A DNA stretch of 64,000 bases from NCBI GenBank assembly GCA_964581635.1, contig CAZOPH010000002.1, positions 7,032-71,031 on the forward strand. Reading direction: 5' to 3'. A program made the position numbers and the translations under genes. This document shows, piece after piece, positions 1-10,158 of the stretch (the first letter of the stretch is position 1; each line of letters begins with the position of its first letter). The DNA is from an uncultured Smithella sp. GTDB lineage: Bacteria > Desulfobacterota > Syntrophia > Syntrophales > Smithellaceae. A model generated the notes under the pieces. That model did no database searches. It was not told the DNA's origin and saw only the letters and a program-made list of their open reading frames with translations.

Positions 1-1701
1 TTCACGAATAGACGACGTCCCCAGAATCATCGACACCGTGCGGTCCATGCCCAGCGCCAGTCCCCCGTGCGGCGGCGCGCCGTAGTCAAAGGCTCGCAGG
101 AAGAAGCCGAACTTTTCTTTCATGTCTTCTTCGGAAAGCCCCAGCGCCGCGAAGATTTTTCGCTGGAGATCGCGGTTGTTGATGCGGATGCTGCCTCCGC
201 CCAGCTCTTCGCCATTCATGACCAGGTCGTAGGCGCGCGAATGCAGACCGAGAAGCTCTTCAACGTTTTTCGGGTCGAAATTTGTGTGTTCCGGCGCGGT
301 GAAGGGATGGTGGCTTGAGGTTACGCCGCCTTCCTCCGTCGCTTCAAACAGAGGAAACTCTGTAATCCAGACCGGATAAAAACTGTTTTCGGGGATGAGC
401 TCCAGACGATGGGCCAGATGCAGCCTAAGTTGCCCCAGCGCAGAGACAACCGTCGCATAAGACGGATCGGCCACCATGATCAGGACGTCGCCGTCGGCCA
501 CGTCGAAGCGTTTTTTGAGTTCGTCAAGTTCCGCCGCGCTGAAAAACTGCACGATATTGGATTCAAGCTTTCCGCCTTCGGCGCGCATCCAGGTCATTCC
601 CTTGGCGCCAAATGACGGCGCAATTTCTTTCGCGTATTCGTTTTGCAGGACGTTTTTGCTTAAGTGTTCGGATTGTCCTTTGATGTTGATCCCTTTGATA
701 CAGCCGCCGCGCTTCAGGATCTGGCGGAAAATGGAATAATTTGTGGACGCAAATACATCCGTGACATCGACAAAGCGCAGGCCGAAGCGCAGGTCGGGAC
801 GGTCCGAACCGGTCGTATCCATCGCTTCGGTGTAGGTCATGCGCGGAAAAGGTCGGGCAAGCGTTATGCCGCCGACTGCAAACATGTTCACCGTGAGCTC
901 CTCGATAAGATTGTAGAGAAATTCCTCATCGATGAAAGACGCTTCAATGTCAAGCTGCGTGAATTCCGGCTGGCGGTTGGGGCGCAAGTCTTCATCGCGG
1001 AAACAGCGCGCCAGCTGAAAATAGCGCTCCAGGCCGCCGATCATCATCAGCTGTTTGAAAAGCTGCGGCGATTGCGGCAGGGCGTAAAAGTTTCCCGGAT
1101 GCACGCGGCTGGGGACCAAGTAGTCGCGCGCGCCTTCGGGCGTGCTCATCGTGAGCACCGGTGTTTCCACCTCCACAAAGCCCCGCGCGTCGAGAAATTC
1201 GCGCACGCACTGAAAAATTTTGTGACGCAGGAGCAGATTGTTTTGCATGGCCGCGCGGCGGATGTCCAGATAGCGATACTCCATTCGCAACTCCTCGGCA
1301 ACGCTCTGTGCACCGGCGGTTTCCGCTCCGGCCACCATGGCCTTGTCGGAGATGACAAACGGCAACGGATCGGATTCGGCTAGAATCGTCAGATCAATCA
1401 CCGCCACTTCAAGCGCCCCGGTTTCGATATTGGGATTCTCCGTGCCGGGGAGTCTTTTTTTGACCTCGCCTGCAACAGTGATACAGTATTCCGCGCGCAG
1501 CGTCGAGGCCGCTTCACAAATGTTTGAGGGAGTCGTCTCCGGATTAAACACAATTTGCACAATGCCGCTGCGGTCGCGCAGGTGAACAAAAATCAAGCCG
1601 CCGTGATCGCGGTAGGCGTCCACCCAGCCGCAAAGCTGCACGCTATGGCCGATTTTAGCCTCCGTCAATTCGCCGCAAAAAATCCGTTGGGAAAAGTTCA
1701 T
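1..1701 (-). CDS. aspS: Aspartyl-tRNA synthetase, second copy. Bacterial type, high GC. Partial: the C-terminal end runs off the left edge of the window.
   Basis: Manual translation of the minus strand from ATG (complement of 1699-1701) gives 567 codons with no stop down to nt 1. It begins MNFSQRIFCGELTEAKIGHSVQLCGWVDAYRDHGGLIFVHLRDRSG. It carries class-II motifs FRDEDLRPNRQPEFTQLD and [14 protein letters not shown]. It aligns along its length with the aspS product at 1987-3759. It is missing from the ORF track only because no stop codon lies inside the window. Confidence 0.9.
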   Translation of the reverse strand, partial: MNFSQRIFCGELTEAKIGHSVQLCGWVDAYRDHGGLIFVHLRDRSGIVQIVFNPETTPSNICEAASTLRAEYCITVAGEVKKRLPGTENPNIETGALEVAVIDLTILAESDPLPFVISDKAMVAGAETAGAQSVAEELRMEYRYLDIRRAAMQNNLLLRHKIFQCVREFLDARGFVEVETPVLTMSTPEGARDYLVPSRVHPGNFYALPQSPQLFKQLMMIGGLERYFQLARCFRDEDLRPNRQPEFTQLDIEASFIDEEFLYNLIEELTVNMFAVGGITLARPFPRMTYTEAMDTTGSDRPDLRFGLRFVDVTDVFASTNYSIFRQILKRGGCIKGINIKGQSEHLSKNVLQNEYAKEIAPSFGAKGMTWMRAEGGKLESNIVQFFSAAELDELKKRFDVADGDVLIMVADPSYATVVSALGQLRLHLAHRLELIPENSFYPVWITEFPLFEATEEGGVTSSHHPFTAPEHTNFDPKNVEELLGLHSRAYDLVMNGEELGGGSIRINNRDLQRKIFAALGLSEEDMKEKFGFFLRAFDYGAPPHGGLALGMDRTVSMILGTSSIRE

Positions 1702-1918
1702 GGAATCTGCCCTTTCTGAAAAAAAGTGAACAACAAAATTGTTCCTATAACAAAATTGTACGGCGGAGCGTATCAAAACTGTTCTCAAGTTTCAAGAATT
1801 TAAGAAGAAAAAGACATGAAAAAGATTATGAAATGTTAAACGGGTTGTGTAGTCATCGATCATTCAATTTCAGATTGCCATTGCAATCATGCTGATGGAG
1901 TTGATAATCCGTCGCATG

Positions 1919-1961
1919 AATAAAAAACGGGAAAGCCGGCTTATATACCGGCCTTCCCGTT
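1919..1961 (-). terminator. Rho-independent terminator downstream of aspS (1987-3759)
   Basis: A 14-bp stem with one mismatch (1926-1939 pairs with 1948-1961) and an 8-nt loop (cttatata). Read on the minus strand, a U-rich tract (TTTTTTATT) follows. It lies 26 nt after the aspS stop. Confidence 0.75.
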
Positions 1962-1986
1962 CATTGGTTAATTATTGTGGGGGGGG

Positions 1987-3759
1987 TTAAACAATCTTCA
2001 ACGACAACTCCATCAACTGCTCGATGCTAACCTTGGAAGGGGCATCGGACATGAGATCCGACGCTTTCTGAGTTTTCGGGAAAGCAATGACGTCGCGAAT
2101 CGATTCCGCTTTGGTCATGATCATGGTGAGCCGGTCCAGCCCAAAGGCTAGTCCTCCGTGAGGAGGTGCGCCAAATTCCAGGGCATCCAGCAGAAAGCCG
2201 AATTTCAACCTGGCGTCGTCTTCACTCAAACCCAATGCACTGAAAACCTGTGATTGCATATCCTTGCGATGGATACGAATGCTGCCGCCGCCGATTTCCG
2301 AGCCATTCAGCACCAGATCGTAAGCTTTCGCTCTCACTTTTCCCGGATCAGTCGTCATAAGCGGCAGATCTTCAATAAACGGTGATGTGAATGGATGATG
2401 TGTGGACATGAATCGTTTTTCGGTCTCCGAATATTCCATCAACGGAAATTCCGTGACCCAGGTGAAGGCCAGTGTGTCAGGATCAATCAGATTGAGTTTC
2501 TTGCCCAAATTCAGGCGGAGGTTGCCCAAAGCGTCATGAACAACTTTCGGTACATCCGCTACAAAAAAGATAATGTCTCCTTCTTTCGCATCCATAGCCT
2601 GTGTAATGCCAGCCACTTCTTCAGGCTTAAGGAATTTAAAGATGGGTGATGTCCAGTCGGCGGCATTGACTTTCGCCCAGGCCAGTCCCTTTGCGCCGTA
2701 AATAGCCACAATATCCGCCAAACCGTCTAGGTCTTTGCGGGAAAGTGCGGGGTTCTTCTCGGCTTTAATGGCTTTAATGACACCGCCGGTTGCCGCCACT
2801 TCCATAAACAGCTTGAAGCCGGAATTTTTCACAATAGCAGTGAGATCTACAATTTCCATTCCAAAACGCACGTCGGGGTTATCTTTGCCGTAACGGCTGA
2901 TGGCGTGGGCATAGGTTATTCTGGGTAAGGGAAGCGTCAGATCTTTGTTCAGGCAGGCCTTAAAAATGGCTTTCATCAGGCCTTCCATCATCTGCATAAT
3001 ATCTTCTTCGGAGATGAACGACATCTCTACGTCAATCTGCGTGAATTCCGGCTGACGGTCCGCACGCAAATCTTCGTCGCGAAAACATTTTGCAATTTGA
3101 AAATAACGGTCAAACCCGGAGACCATCAAGAGTTGTTTGAAGATTTGCGGCGACTGCGGCAAGGCGTAGAAAGTTCCCTTGTTGACACGGCTGGGGACAA
3201 GGTAATCGCGGGCGCCTTCCGGGGTGCTTTTGCCCAGAAACGGCGTTTCAACTTCGATAAAGCCATTATCGTTAAAGTACTGACGTGTGGCTATAGCCAG
3301 TTTGCTGCGCAGGAAAAGGTTCTTTTGAATGGCCGGACGGCGCAAATCCAGATAACGGTATTTGAGACGGACGTTTTCGGAAATGTCTTCTTCATCAAAA
3401 GAGAAGGGTGGTGTTTTTGATTCGTTCAGAATCTCGAGATCGGAGATCATGACCTCGATCTGGCCCGTGGGGATGGCCGGGTTCTCCATGCCTTCCGGTC
3501 GTCTGCGCACCTTGCCTCTCACCGCCAGAACGTATTCACTCCGGATTTTATGTGCTTCGCCGTGAACGGTTTCGCCCGCTTCCGGATTGAAAACAATCTG
3601 GACAATTCCTTCGCGGTCGCGCAAATCGATGAAAATGACGCCACCGTGATCTCTGCGGCGTTGAGCCCAGCCGAACAAGATAACATCACTGCCGACATCG
3701 GCTACACTGACATTTCCGCAATAATGCGTTCTTTTGTCTTTTGTAATGAATTGGCTCAC
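1987..3759 (-). CDS. aspS: Aspartyl-tRNA synthetase (bacterial type, 590 aa)
   Basis: Full-length ORF. Motifs: [15 protein letters not shown] (OB-fold N-domain), [18 protein letters not shown] (motif 2), [15 protein letters not shown] (motif 3). It starts 7 nt downstream of the hisS stop, the classic hisS-aspS arrangement. Confidence 0.97.
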   Translation of the reverse strand: MSQFITKDKRTHYCGNVSVADVGSDVILFGWAQRRRDHGGVIFIDLRDREGIVQIVFNPEAGETVHGEAHKIRSEYVLAVRGKVRRRPEGMENPAIPTGQIEVMISDLEILNESKTPPFSFDEEDISENVRLKYRYLDLRRPAIQKNLFLRSKLAIATRQYFNDNGFIEVETPFLGKSTPEGARDYLVPSRVNKGTFYALPQSPQIFKQLLMVSGFDRYFQIAKCFRDEDLRADRQPEFTQIDVEMSFISEEDIMQMMEGLMKAIFKACLNKDLTLPLPRITYAHAISRYGKDNPDVRFGMEIVDLTAIVKNSGFKLFMEVAATGGVIKAIKAEKNPALSRKDLDGLADIVAIYGAKGLAWAKVNAADWTSPIFKFLKPEEVAGITQAMDAKEGDIIFFVADVPKVVHDALGNLRLNLGKKLNLIDPDTLAFTWVTEFPLMEYSETEKRFMSTHHPFTSPFIEDLPLMTTDPGKVRAKAYDLVLNGSEIGGGSIRIHRKDMQSQVFSALGLSEDDARLKFGFLLDALEFGAPPHGGLAFGLDRLTMIMTKAESIRDVIAFPKTQKASDLMSDAPSKVSIEQLMELSLKIV

Positions 3760-3766
3760 AAAACAT

Positions 3767-5029
3767 TTACCTCTCTTTAAAAATATTCTTCACCGCCTCC
3801 AGGAGATTCTCAAGGGGCAGGCTTTGCTGATTTTTAGTGCTCATATTCCGTAACTCGGCGTGATTCTCGGCTATTTCTTTATCTCCGAAAATCAATGTAT
3901 AAGAACTATTTAATTTATCTGCGCGCTTCATCTGGCTTTTCAGACTTTTATCAGAATAATCCATTGCCGCGCAAATCCCGGAGCGACGTAATTCCTGGGT
4001 CAAACCGAAAGCAATTTTCTGCGCATGCGCGCCTAAAGCGGCAATATATATATCTGTTTTATAATGGTTTTTATTATCCGGCGTCAGGCAGGCGATTAGT
4101 CTCTCTATACCGATGCCGAAGCCGATCCCTGGAACTTCTGGACCGCCCAGAAAACTGACCAGACCGTCATAACGACCGCCACCCGCCAGAGAATTCTGTG
4201 CTCCCAACGCTCCGGATTTCACTTCAAAGGTCGTTTTCGTGTAGTAATCGAGGCCGCGCACCATTTGAGGATTGATTTCATAGGCCAGGTTCAAATCATT
4301 GAGATAACTTTTAACTGCAGAAAAATGGTCCGAGCATTCTGTACAGAGAAAATTTAATATGCGAGGAGCATCGGCAATGACCGAACCGCAGGTTTCCACT
4401 TTGCAATCAAAGACGCGTAACGGGTTTGTATGAATACGTCTTTGACAATCAGGACAGAGAGCACTTTCCGATCCTTTTAGAAAATCAACAACAGCTTGGG
4501 AAAAAACCGGGCGACAAGCTTTGCAGCCCAGCGAATTAATTTCCAGCGATAACTTTTCGACGCCTGCTGTTTGAAGGAAATGCATCAGCATAAAAATAAC
4601 TTCCGCATCAGAGGCCGGTTTATCATCTCCAAATAATTCCACGTCAATCTGGTGAAATTGCCGGAAACGGCCTTTTTGCGGTCTTTCCCGGCGGAACATC
4701 GGACCCATGGTGTAAAGCTTGGCAATCGGATCAGACACCAGGAGGTTATGCTCAATATAAGCACGGATAACGGATGCCGTGGCTTCCGGACGCAAAGTCA
4801 GCATTTCGTCATCTCGGTCACGGAACGTGTACATTTCCTTTTCAACGATATCCGTAGTTTCACCAATACTGCGTTGGAATAAAACCGTTTTTTCCATGAT
4901 CGGTACACGAATTTCACAAAAACCGAAACATTTAAAAATTTTGCGGGCGGTTAATTCCACCTGATGCCAGAGTGGGGAATCTTTAGGTAAAATATCTTTT
5001 ATACCCTTGATGGCTGTAATTTTTTCCAT
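3767..5029 (-). CDS. hisS: Histidyl-tRNA synthetase
   Basis: The ORF runs to 5083 (TTG), but the family N-terminus [15 protein letters not shown] starts at the ATG at 5029. Motifs: [43 protein letters not shown]. Confidence 0.95.
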   Translation of the reverse strand: MEKITAIKGIKDILPKDSPLWHQVELTARKIFKCFGFCEIRVPIMEKTVLFQRSIGETTDIVEKEMYTFRDRDDEMLTLRPEATASVIRAYIEHNLLVSDPIAKLYTMGPMFRRERPQKGRFRQFHQIDVELFGDDKPASDAEVIFMLMHFLQTAGVEKLSLEINSLGCKACRPVFSQAVVDFLKGSESALCPDCQRRIHTNPLRVFDCKVETCGSVIADAPRILNFLCTECSDHFSAVKSYLNDLNLAYEINPQMVRGLDYYTKTTFEVKSGALGAQNSLAGGGRYDGLVSFLGGPEVPGIGFGIGIERLIACLTPDNKNHYKTDIYIAALGAHAQKIAFGLTQELRRSGICAAMDYSDKSLKSQMKRADKLNSSYTLIFGDKEIAENHAELRNMSTKNQQSLPLENLLEAVKNIFKER

Positions 5030-5216
5030 AGATGTATCCCAAATAAAGTGGTGTTTTCTAGCATATCGTCGGGGTGTTCGCAATCAAATATTATTGATGG
5101 AAAGGATGATAATAGGCAATTTAAGGCACATTTTATCATTTTTTGTGAAGGGAACCGTCAACGGAGATGGGGAATGCGAAATCTGCCTTGGGTGTAATAA
5201 ATGACTTAATCCAGGG

Positions 5217-5244
5217 CCAAAAAGATAGTGACCCTTACGGGCCA
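5217..5244 (-). terminator. Possible weak intrinsic terminator after ndk
   Basis: On the minus strand: tggccc-gtaa-gggtca hairpin (6 bp including one G-U pair, tetraloop) followed by ctatcttttt. The stem is short. Confidence 0.3.
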
Positions 5245-5264
5245 TTTTGTGTTTACTCTTGAAA

Positions 5265-5771
5265 TCAAGCCCATACGGTCTTTTTAATATTGTCAAATGT
5301 TGCTTCTTTTATAGGATACATGTCTTCGACAATTTCTTCCGGTTCAAACCAAAGCTTAATTTCTTTCTCAGCATCTTCCGGGCTGGAAGAGGCATGGACA
5401 ACATTTTCAAATACTCCTGATGTTGTGATTCGACCGTATGCTCCTCTTATGGATACAGGGCTGGCTTTTTCCGGATCCGTATCACCGACAATATCTCGAA
5501 TTTTGAAAATGGCATCATCTCCCTGATAGACCAGTGCGAGCACTCTGTGAGTCTTGTGTACGTCACCCACGATATACTGGATCAGTTCTTCGAAAAAAGG
5601 CTTATCCTTCAGATGTTCATAATGCTTTTCTGCCAGTTGGCGGCTTACACGCACGACCTTTGCGCCCATAATGGTCAATTTTGCCTCTGCCAACCGGGAT
5701 ATAACATTTCCCGTTAATGATTTTACGAGTCCATCAGGTTTAATAATAATCAATGTTTGTTGAATAGCCAT
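5265..5771 (-). CDS. ndk: Nucleoside diphosphate kinase (168 aa, slightly long)
   Basis: TLIIIKPDG start, RGAYG segment, and active-site His context NVVHASSS (canonical NxxHGSD). Confidence 0.92.
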   Translation of the reverse strand: MAIQQTLIIIKPDGLVKSLTGNVISRLAEAKLTIMGAKVVRVSRQLAEKHYEHLKDKPFFEELIQYIVGDVHKTHRVLALVYQGDDAIFKIRDIVGDTDPEKASPVSIRGAYGRITTSGVFENVVHASSSPEDAEKEIKLWFEPEEIVEDMYPIKEATFDNIKKTVWA

Positions 5772-5884
5772 ATGTCTTCCCCTATTGTAATATTGCTATT
5801 AATTTATTTATAGGAAAAGCATATAACTTAAAAATATCAAATTGACAACGACTAATGATGTGTCCCCGATGGAATGCCGGGGAA

Positions 5885-8356
5885 TTACTTTAGCCAGGAA
5901 GTGATTTCAAGCGATTTGCCATCAGTTTGCGCAGTAATTGCGCCCTGCTGATCCGTCCTGAAAAGAGCGACACCGTTTATATGATAACGATCCAGAACGT
6001 CCGGATGAGGATGTTGGAATACATTATTTTTGCCGGCACTGACAATTGCAAAGCGGCAGGAAACGGCACGGATGAAATCCACAGAGCTGGAGTGGGCAGA
6101 GCCGTGATGCGGCACGAAAAGAAGATCGCTTTTCAAATTATGTCCTGAACGGATTAGAAGAGTTTCAATCAGGGAGGAAATATCGCCCGTTATCAGAAAG
6201 CTTCTCGTCCCATAGGTTATTTTTATAACCAAAGAAGAGTCATTGGTTTCGTTAAAAGATGTATTATGGTCATTTTGTTTTGGCGGATGTAAAGGCCACA
6301 GAAATTGGATATGAACGCCATGAACATTTTCAGGCAGCGATTGGAATGACACGTGCTTAATTTTTATTTTACGTTCGGAGATTGATTTTTCCCAGAGCAG
6401 GTAAAGATCATCATCCGCTTTCACGCCCGTACACCAGACTTCCCGGACGTCAAAGTTATTAACGATATGAATTAATCCCTGCAGATGGTCTGGGTGAGGA
6501 TGTGTGAGAACAACAATATCAATTTTTCTGATTCTTTGTGCATAAAGAAATGGAGCGATCACTGTTCTGCCCATATCAAATGAACTGTCATGAAAACCGC
6601 CGCCGTCAATAAGCATATTGACGCCTCGGGGCAATTGGATCAAAGTGGACGCACCCTGACCGACATCAATGGCTGTAACTTTTAAATAGGTGGAATCCCT
6701 GTTTTTTACGACAAGATAAGCAGCATCTGACAGAATCAATGTCAAAGTAATCAGGAGCGCTATTTTTACCAAAGATGGATGGCGCTCCAGAAATCCCTGA
6801 TTATTTATTTTGTTGCCTGGCGCGACAACTTGAATCAGTAGAAAACTAAAGATGTAAAAAAATGTTATTTCAGCTAAGTTTGGTTTTACGAGACTGAAAG
6901 AGGAACAAGACCATGATGCCATCCAATTGATCATGGTGACGGCAATACCAGTGAAAAATGATGCGACTGAAATGAGAAAACCAGCAAACCAGGTTGAAAA
7001 CAGTGAGGTGAGGATGAAGGCCATCGCCGGGATTAAGGTTAGCATGCCCAGCAGGGGAACTGCAATGAGATTGGCGATCAATGTCACAGCGGAGACGCGG
7101 TTAAAGTAAAAGACAATAATGGGCAGTGTGCCCAGAGTAGCGGCAGCGGATACCAGGATGAAAATATAAATACGGCGAATTAGCTTTTGCAGCCATGGGG
7201 GGGCTGCTGATGGGATTGGTAAGGTCAGATCGCTCAGCCTCGGAACGATGTAGAGAATCGCGAAAACCGCACTAAAGGATAATTGAAAGGAAATTTCAAA
7301 AAGAGATTCAGGCGCAATAATCAGAATGATTAGCGCCGCGCCGAAAAGAATATTATAGAAATCTTTTTGTTTTCCAATCAGTAACGAGATCAGAAAAGCT
7401 ATGGCCATAAGGGTTGCGCGGAGAACAGTTGTTCCCATTCCCGCGACCAAGGCGTAAATGACAATCGGTAAAAAAGCTGCGGCTGTGGCCATTTTGATGA
7501 TATTGAATTTGAGCATCAGGTATTGTGAAGATTTCAACAGGACTAATATTAGGAAAAAACTACCTGCCGCCACCATGCCGATATGCAATCCGGAAATGGA
7601 CAGAATATGAGAGGTGCCGGTTTTGGCGAAATTGTCGCGTACGTCCTGCGGAATGGCTTTTTGATTGCCGATAGTCATGGCTTCTATGATTTCTCTTTGA
7701 GGGGACGGGGCATGGGTATAAATTAATTGTTTTAAATATAATCGAAAGTTTTCCAGCTTCAGTTTGACGCCACTAGCTGAATTGTGACGAATCAGAACAA
7801 TGCCGGCATGATTGGCTACGAATCCTGCAACATAAATACCCTGCCGGTTTAAGGTGCGTTCATAATTGAAGCTTCCTGGATTGTGAAAACTCTGAATTTT
7901 TTTTATTTTAGAATGGAAGCGGATAAAGTCACCGTATTGGAAACTGAGATCCGCCGGAATAACAAGACGAATATTCCCACTCACGGGGAGGTATGAGTTA
8001 TTGATAATCATTCTCTGGCAACGAACTACCAATGCATTATTAGTTGGGTAAATTTGGTCGCTCGTCAAGACAATGCCCTCCACCGTTAATGGGCCTCGAT
8101 CTGCCAGATGAGAAATGTGTTGATGGTTCTGGGTCAGGTATTGTTGTCTTTGGATATTCAATAAGCCGACAATTATCAGAAAGAGGAGAATAAGGAGGAA
8201 GGCAGCAATGTTCCATTTATTTCTGATACAGATAAGTAAAATCATCAGAATCGGTAGCGCTCCAGTCAATAGAGACAAAGAGGGTAGAGCGATAGAATCG
8301 CCGATCATAATACCCGCCATTAGGGCGAGGAGGGGATATAATAATGGTCTGCGCAT
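5885..8356 (-). CDS. comEC: ComEC/Rec2 family DNA internalization channel with a C-terminal metallo-beta-lactamase domain
   Basis: 823 aa. Polytopic membrane core. C-terminal MBL motif VLTHPHPDHLQGL and HHGS. Confidence 0.9.
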   Translation of the reverse strand: MRRPLLYPLLALMAGIMIGDSIALPSLSLLTGALPILMILLICIRNKWNIAAFLLILLFLIIVGLLNIQRQQYLTQNHQHISHLADRGPLTVEGIVLTSDQIYPTNNALVVRCQRMIINNSYLPVSGNIRLVIPADLSFQYGDFIRFHSKIKKIQSFHNPGSFNYERTLNRQGIYVAGFVANHAGIVLIRHNSASGVKLKLENFRLYLKQLIYTHAPSPQREIIEAMTIGNQKAIPQDVRDNFAKTGTSHILSISGLHIGMVAAGSFFLILVLLKSSQYLMLKFNIIKMATAAAFLPIVIYALVAGMGTTVLRATLMAIAFLISLLIGKQKDFYNILFGAALIILIIAPESLFEISFQLSFSAVFAILYIVPRLSDLTLPIPSAAPPWLQKLIRRIYIFILVSAAATLGTLPIIVFYFNRVSAVTLIANLIAVPLLGMLTLIPAMAFILTSLFSTWFAGFLISVASFFTGIAVTMINWMASWSCSSFSLVKPNLAEITFFYIFSFLLIQVVAPGNKINNQGFLERHPSLVKIALLITLTLILSDAAYLVVKNRDSTYLKVTAIDVGQGASTLIQLPRGVNMLIDGGGFHDSSFDMGRTVIAPFLYAQRIRKIDIVVLTHPHPDHLQGLIHIVNNFDVREVWCTGVKADDDLYLLWEKSISERKIKIKHVSFQSLPENVHGVHIQFLWPLHPPKQNDHNTSFNETNDSSLVIKITYGTRSFLITGDISSLIETLLIRSGHNLKSDLLFVPHHGSAHSSSVDFIRAVSCRFAIVSAGKNNVFQHPHPDVLDRYHINGVALFRTDQQGAITAQTDGKSLEITSWLK

Positions 8357-8404
8357 AAACCGGAAGTCATCTGTTAATAAAATTATTCAAATGATTAGCT
8401 AAAA

Positions 8405-8424
8405 ATTATAAAATATTATAAAAT
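8405..8424. repeat. Perfect tandem duplication of a 10-mer (ATTATAAAAT x2) in the divergent comEC / sensor-kinase promoter region
   Basis: Read directly: attataaaat at 8405-8414 and again at 8415-8424. Each copy contains a TATAAAAT -10-like element. Confidence 0.9.
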
Positions 8425-8465
8425 CAAAATAAGAAACTCAAATCCAAAGAATTCGGAAACAAACC

Positions 8466-10124
8466 ATGCATCAAAATATAGAAAAAGATGAACGAAATGA
8501 GCAGAGACTCAAGCTGCTGATTATTAGTCGGCTAATTGTCATTTCCATATTTTTACTGGTTACTTTCTTCCTGGGGACGATGAAAGCGGTGATTCCCCTT
8601 TCGCCGATGCTCCAGCGCCTAATTTATGCTGTTGTCATAGCAATGTATTTCTTATCGTTAATTTATACACTCCTTTTAAGAAAAGAAAAGTATTTTCAGT
8701 TTAATATTCATGCCCAATTAATTGTCGATATTGGTCTGGTATCTTTTTTGGTTTACCTAACCGGCGGTAGTAGCAGCAACTATTCGCAGCTCTATATATT
8801 AGTGATCATCTATTCCGCTATATTTCTGGGCCGCCGTGGCGCTTTTATTATTGCATCCGCATCCAGTATAGCCTATGGACTGGCGTTGACGTTTGAATAT
8901 TTCAACCTCTTTCCCGTCCTACATTTCAACGAACATGTTTATCTTGTTGAAGCAAACGACATTTTTCTGAGAATCATTGTTCACATCTTGTCATTTTATG
9001 TTGTAGCCTTTCTGGCCAGCATTGTTGTTGAACAAGAAAAGAGAACCAGGTCATTATTGGAAGAAAGTGAGGTGGCTTTCGGTCAACTGGATCTCCTTTT
9101 TCGCAGCATCATTGAATCGGTGGATACCGGCATCATGACCATCACTTTACAGGGGCGGATTAAGACGTTCAATCGAGCGGCGGAGGCGATTACCGGTTTT
9201 CAACTCTCATCAATAGAGAATCATAAGATCCTAGAAATATTTCCCGAGCTTAATACTTTTTTTGACTCCAATACGGTTGATATGCCCAAAAGCAGAAGAG
9301 AAGTGAAAATCGTCCGCCGGGATAAGAAAAAAGTTCATTTGGGTTGTTCGTTTTCATCGTTGAAAGACAACTATGGTAAGCAAATCGGTCATATTTTGAT
9401 CTTTCAGGATTTGACGGAAATCAAACGAATGGAGGAAAATCTTGAAAAAAGCAAAAGGCTAGCTTTTATTGGCGAGATGGCCGCCAGTCTTGCACACGAA
9501 ATGAGAAATCCTCTGGCATCCATTACCGGCTCCATCCAATTATTGGGGCAGAACACCAGGATGGAAGAGACGGACAAACGGTTAATGCAGATTATTATGC
9601 GAGGTAAGGATCAGTTGGATAACTTCGTGCGAGATTTTCTTTTACTTGCCCGACCTGTTCCTGAGGTCAGGGAACATGTAAATGTTGATGAAGTCGCCGA
9701 AGAAGTTATAGAAAATATAAAAATGTTGAATGAATGGACGGATAACATCAAAATAATCAGAGCTTTTTCCGGCCAGAACATGGCCTATGCCAATAAAGAA
9801 CAAATCCGGCAAGTTATTCAAAATCTAATGCTTAATGCCTTGCAGGCCATGGAAGGAACAGGTAATTTGTTTCTTGAAATAAAAACCGTTAATTTGGAAG
9901 ATAGAAAAGAGTATACAATGATTAAAGTAACAGATGACGGATGCGGGATTGAAGAAAAAGATTTAAAAAATGTCTTTGAACCTTTTTTTACCAATAAGGT
10001 TAAAGGAACCGGTTTAGGTTTGGCCATCGTCAGCCGTATTGTGGACGGTTATGGCGGCAAAATAAACATTGAAAGTAAGATCAATCAGGGCACATCTGTT
10101 ACGGTTATGTTGCCCCGTAATTAA
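8466..10124 (+). CDS. Membrane sensor histidine kinase (multi-TM N-terminus, PAS, HisKA, HATPase). PilS/NtrB-like architecture.
   Basis: H-box SLAHEMRNPLASI, N-box QNLMLNALQAM, G-boxes VTDDGCGI and GTGLGLAIV. About 6 hydrophobic segments at the N-terminus. Confidence 0.9.
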   Translation: MHQNIEKDERNEQRLKLLIISRLIVISIFLLVTFFLGTMKAVIPLSPMLQRLIYAVVIAMYFLSLIYTLLLRKEKYFQFNIHAQLIVDIGLVSFLVYLTGGSSSNYSQLYILVIIYSAIFLGRRGAFIIASASSIAYGLALTFEYFNLFPVLHFNEHVYLVEANDIFLRIIVHILSFYVVAFLASIVVEQEKRTRSLLEESEVAFGQLDLLFRSIIESVDTGIMTITLQGRIKTFNRAAEAITGFQLSSIENHKILEIFPELNTFFDSNTVDMPKSRREVKIVRRDKKKVHLGCSFSSLKDNYGKQIGHILIFQDLTEIKRMEENLEKSKRLAFIGEMAASLAHEMRNPLASITGSIQLLGQNTRMEETDKRLMQIIMRGKDQLDNFVRDFLLLARPVPEVREHVNVDEVAEEVIENIKMLNEWTDNIKIIRAFSGQNMAYANKEQIRQVIQNLMLNALQAMEGTGNLFLEIKTVNLEDRKEYTMIKVTDDGCGIEEKDLKNVFEPFFTNKVKGTGLGLAIVSRIVDGYGGKINIESKINQGTSVTVMLPRN

Positions 10125-10158
10125 AATTTAATATTTATAAAATAAGGAGAGTAGCAGG

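Noticed and set aside
664-1383. 239-aa + strand ORF, the longest ORF the track reports in the first 1.7 kb
   Set aside because: It lies antisense to an intact, motif-rich aspS reading frame on the minus strand. High GC suppresses stop codons in the opposite frame, and its sequence is Arg/Ala/Gly-rich with no recognisable family features.
5030-5264. T-box leader upstream of hisS, as in Firmicutes hisS-aspS operons
   Set aside because: No T-box consensus (GGTGG-ACCGCG type 14-mer) or specifier-loop architecture is visible on the minus strand. Only a weak ndk terminator hairpin is present.
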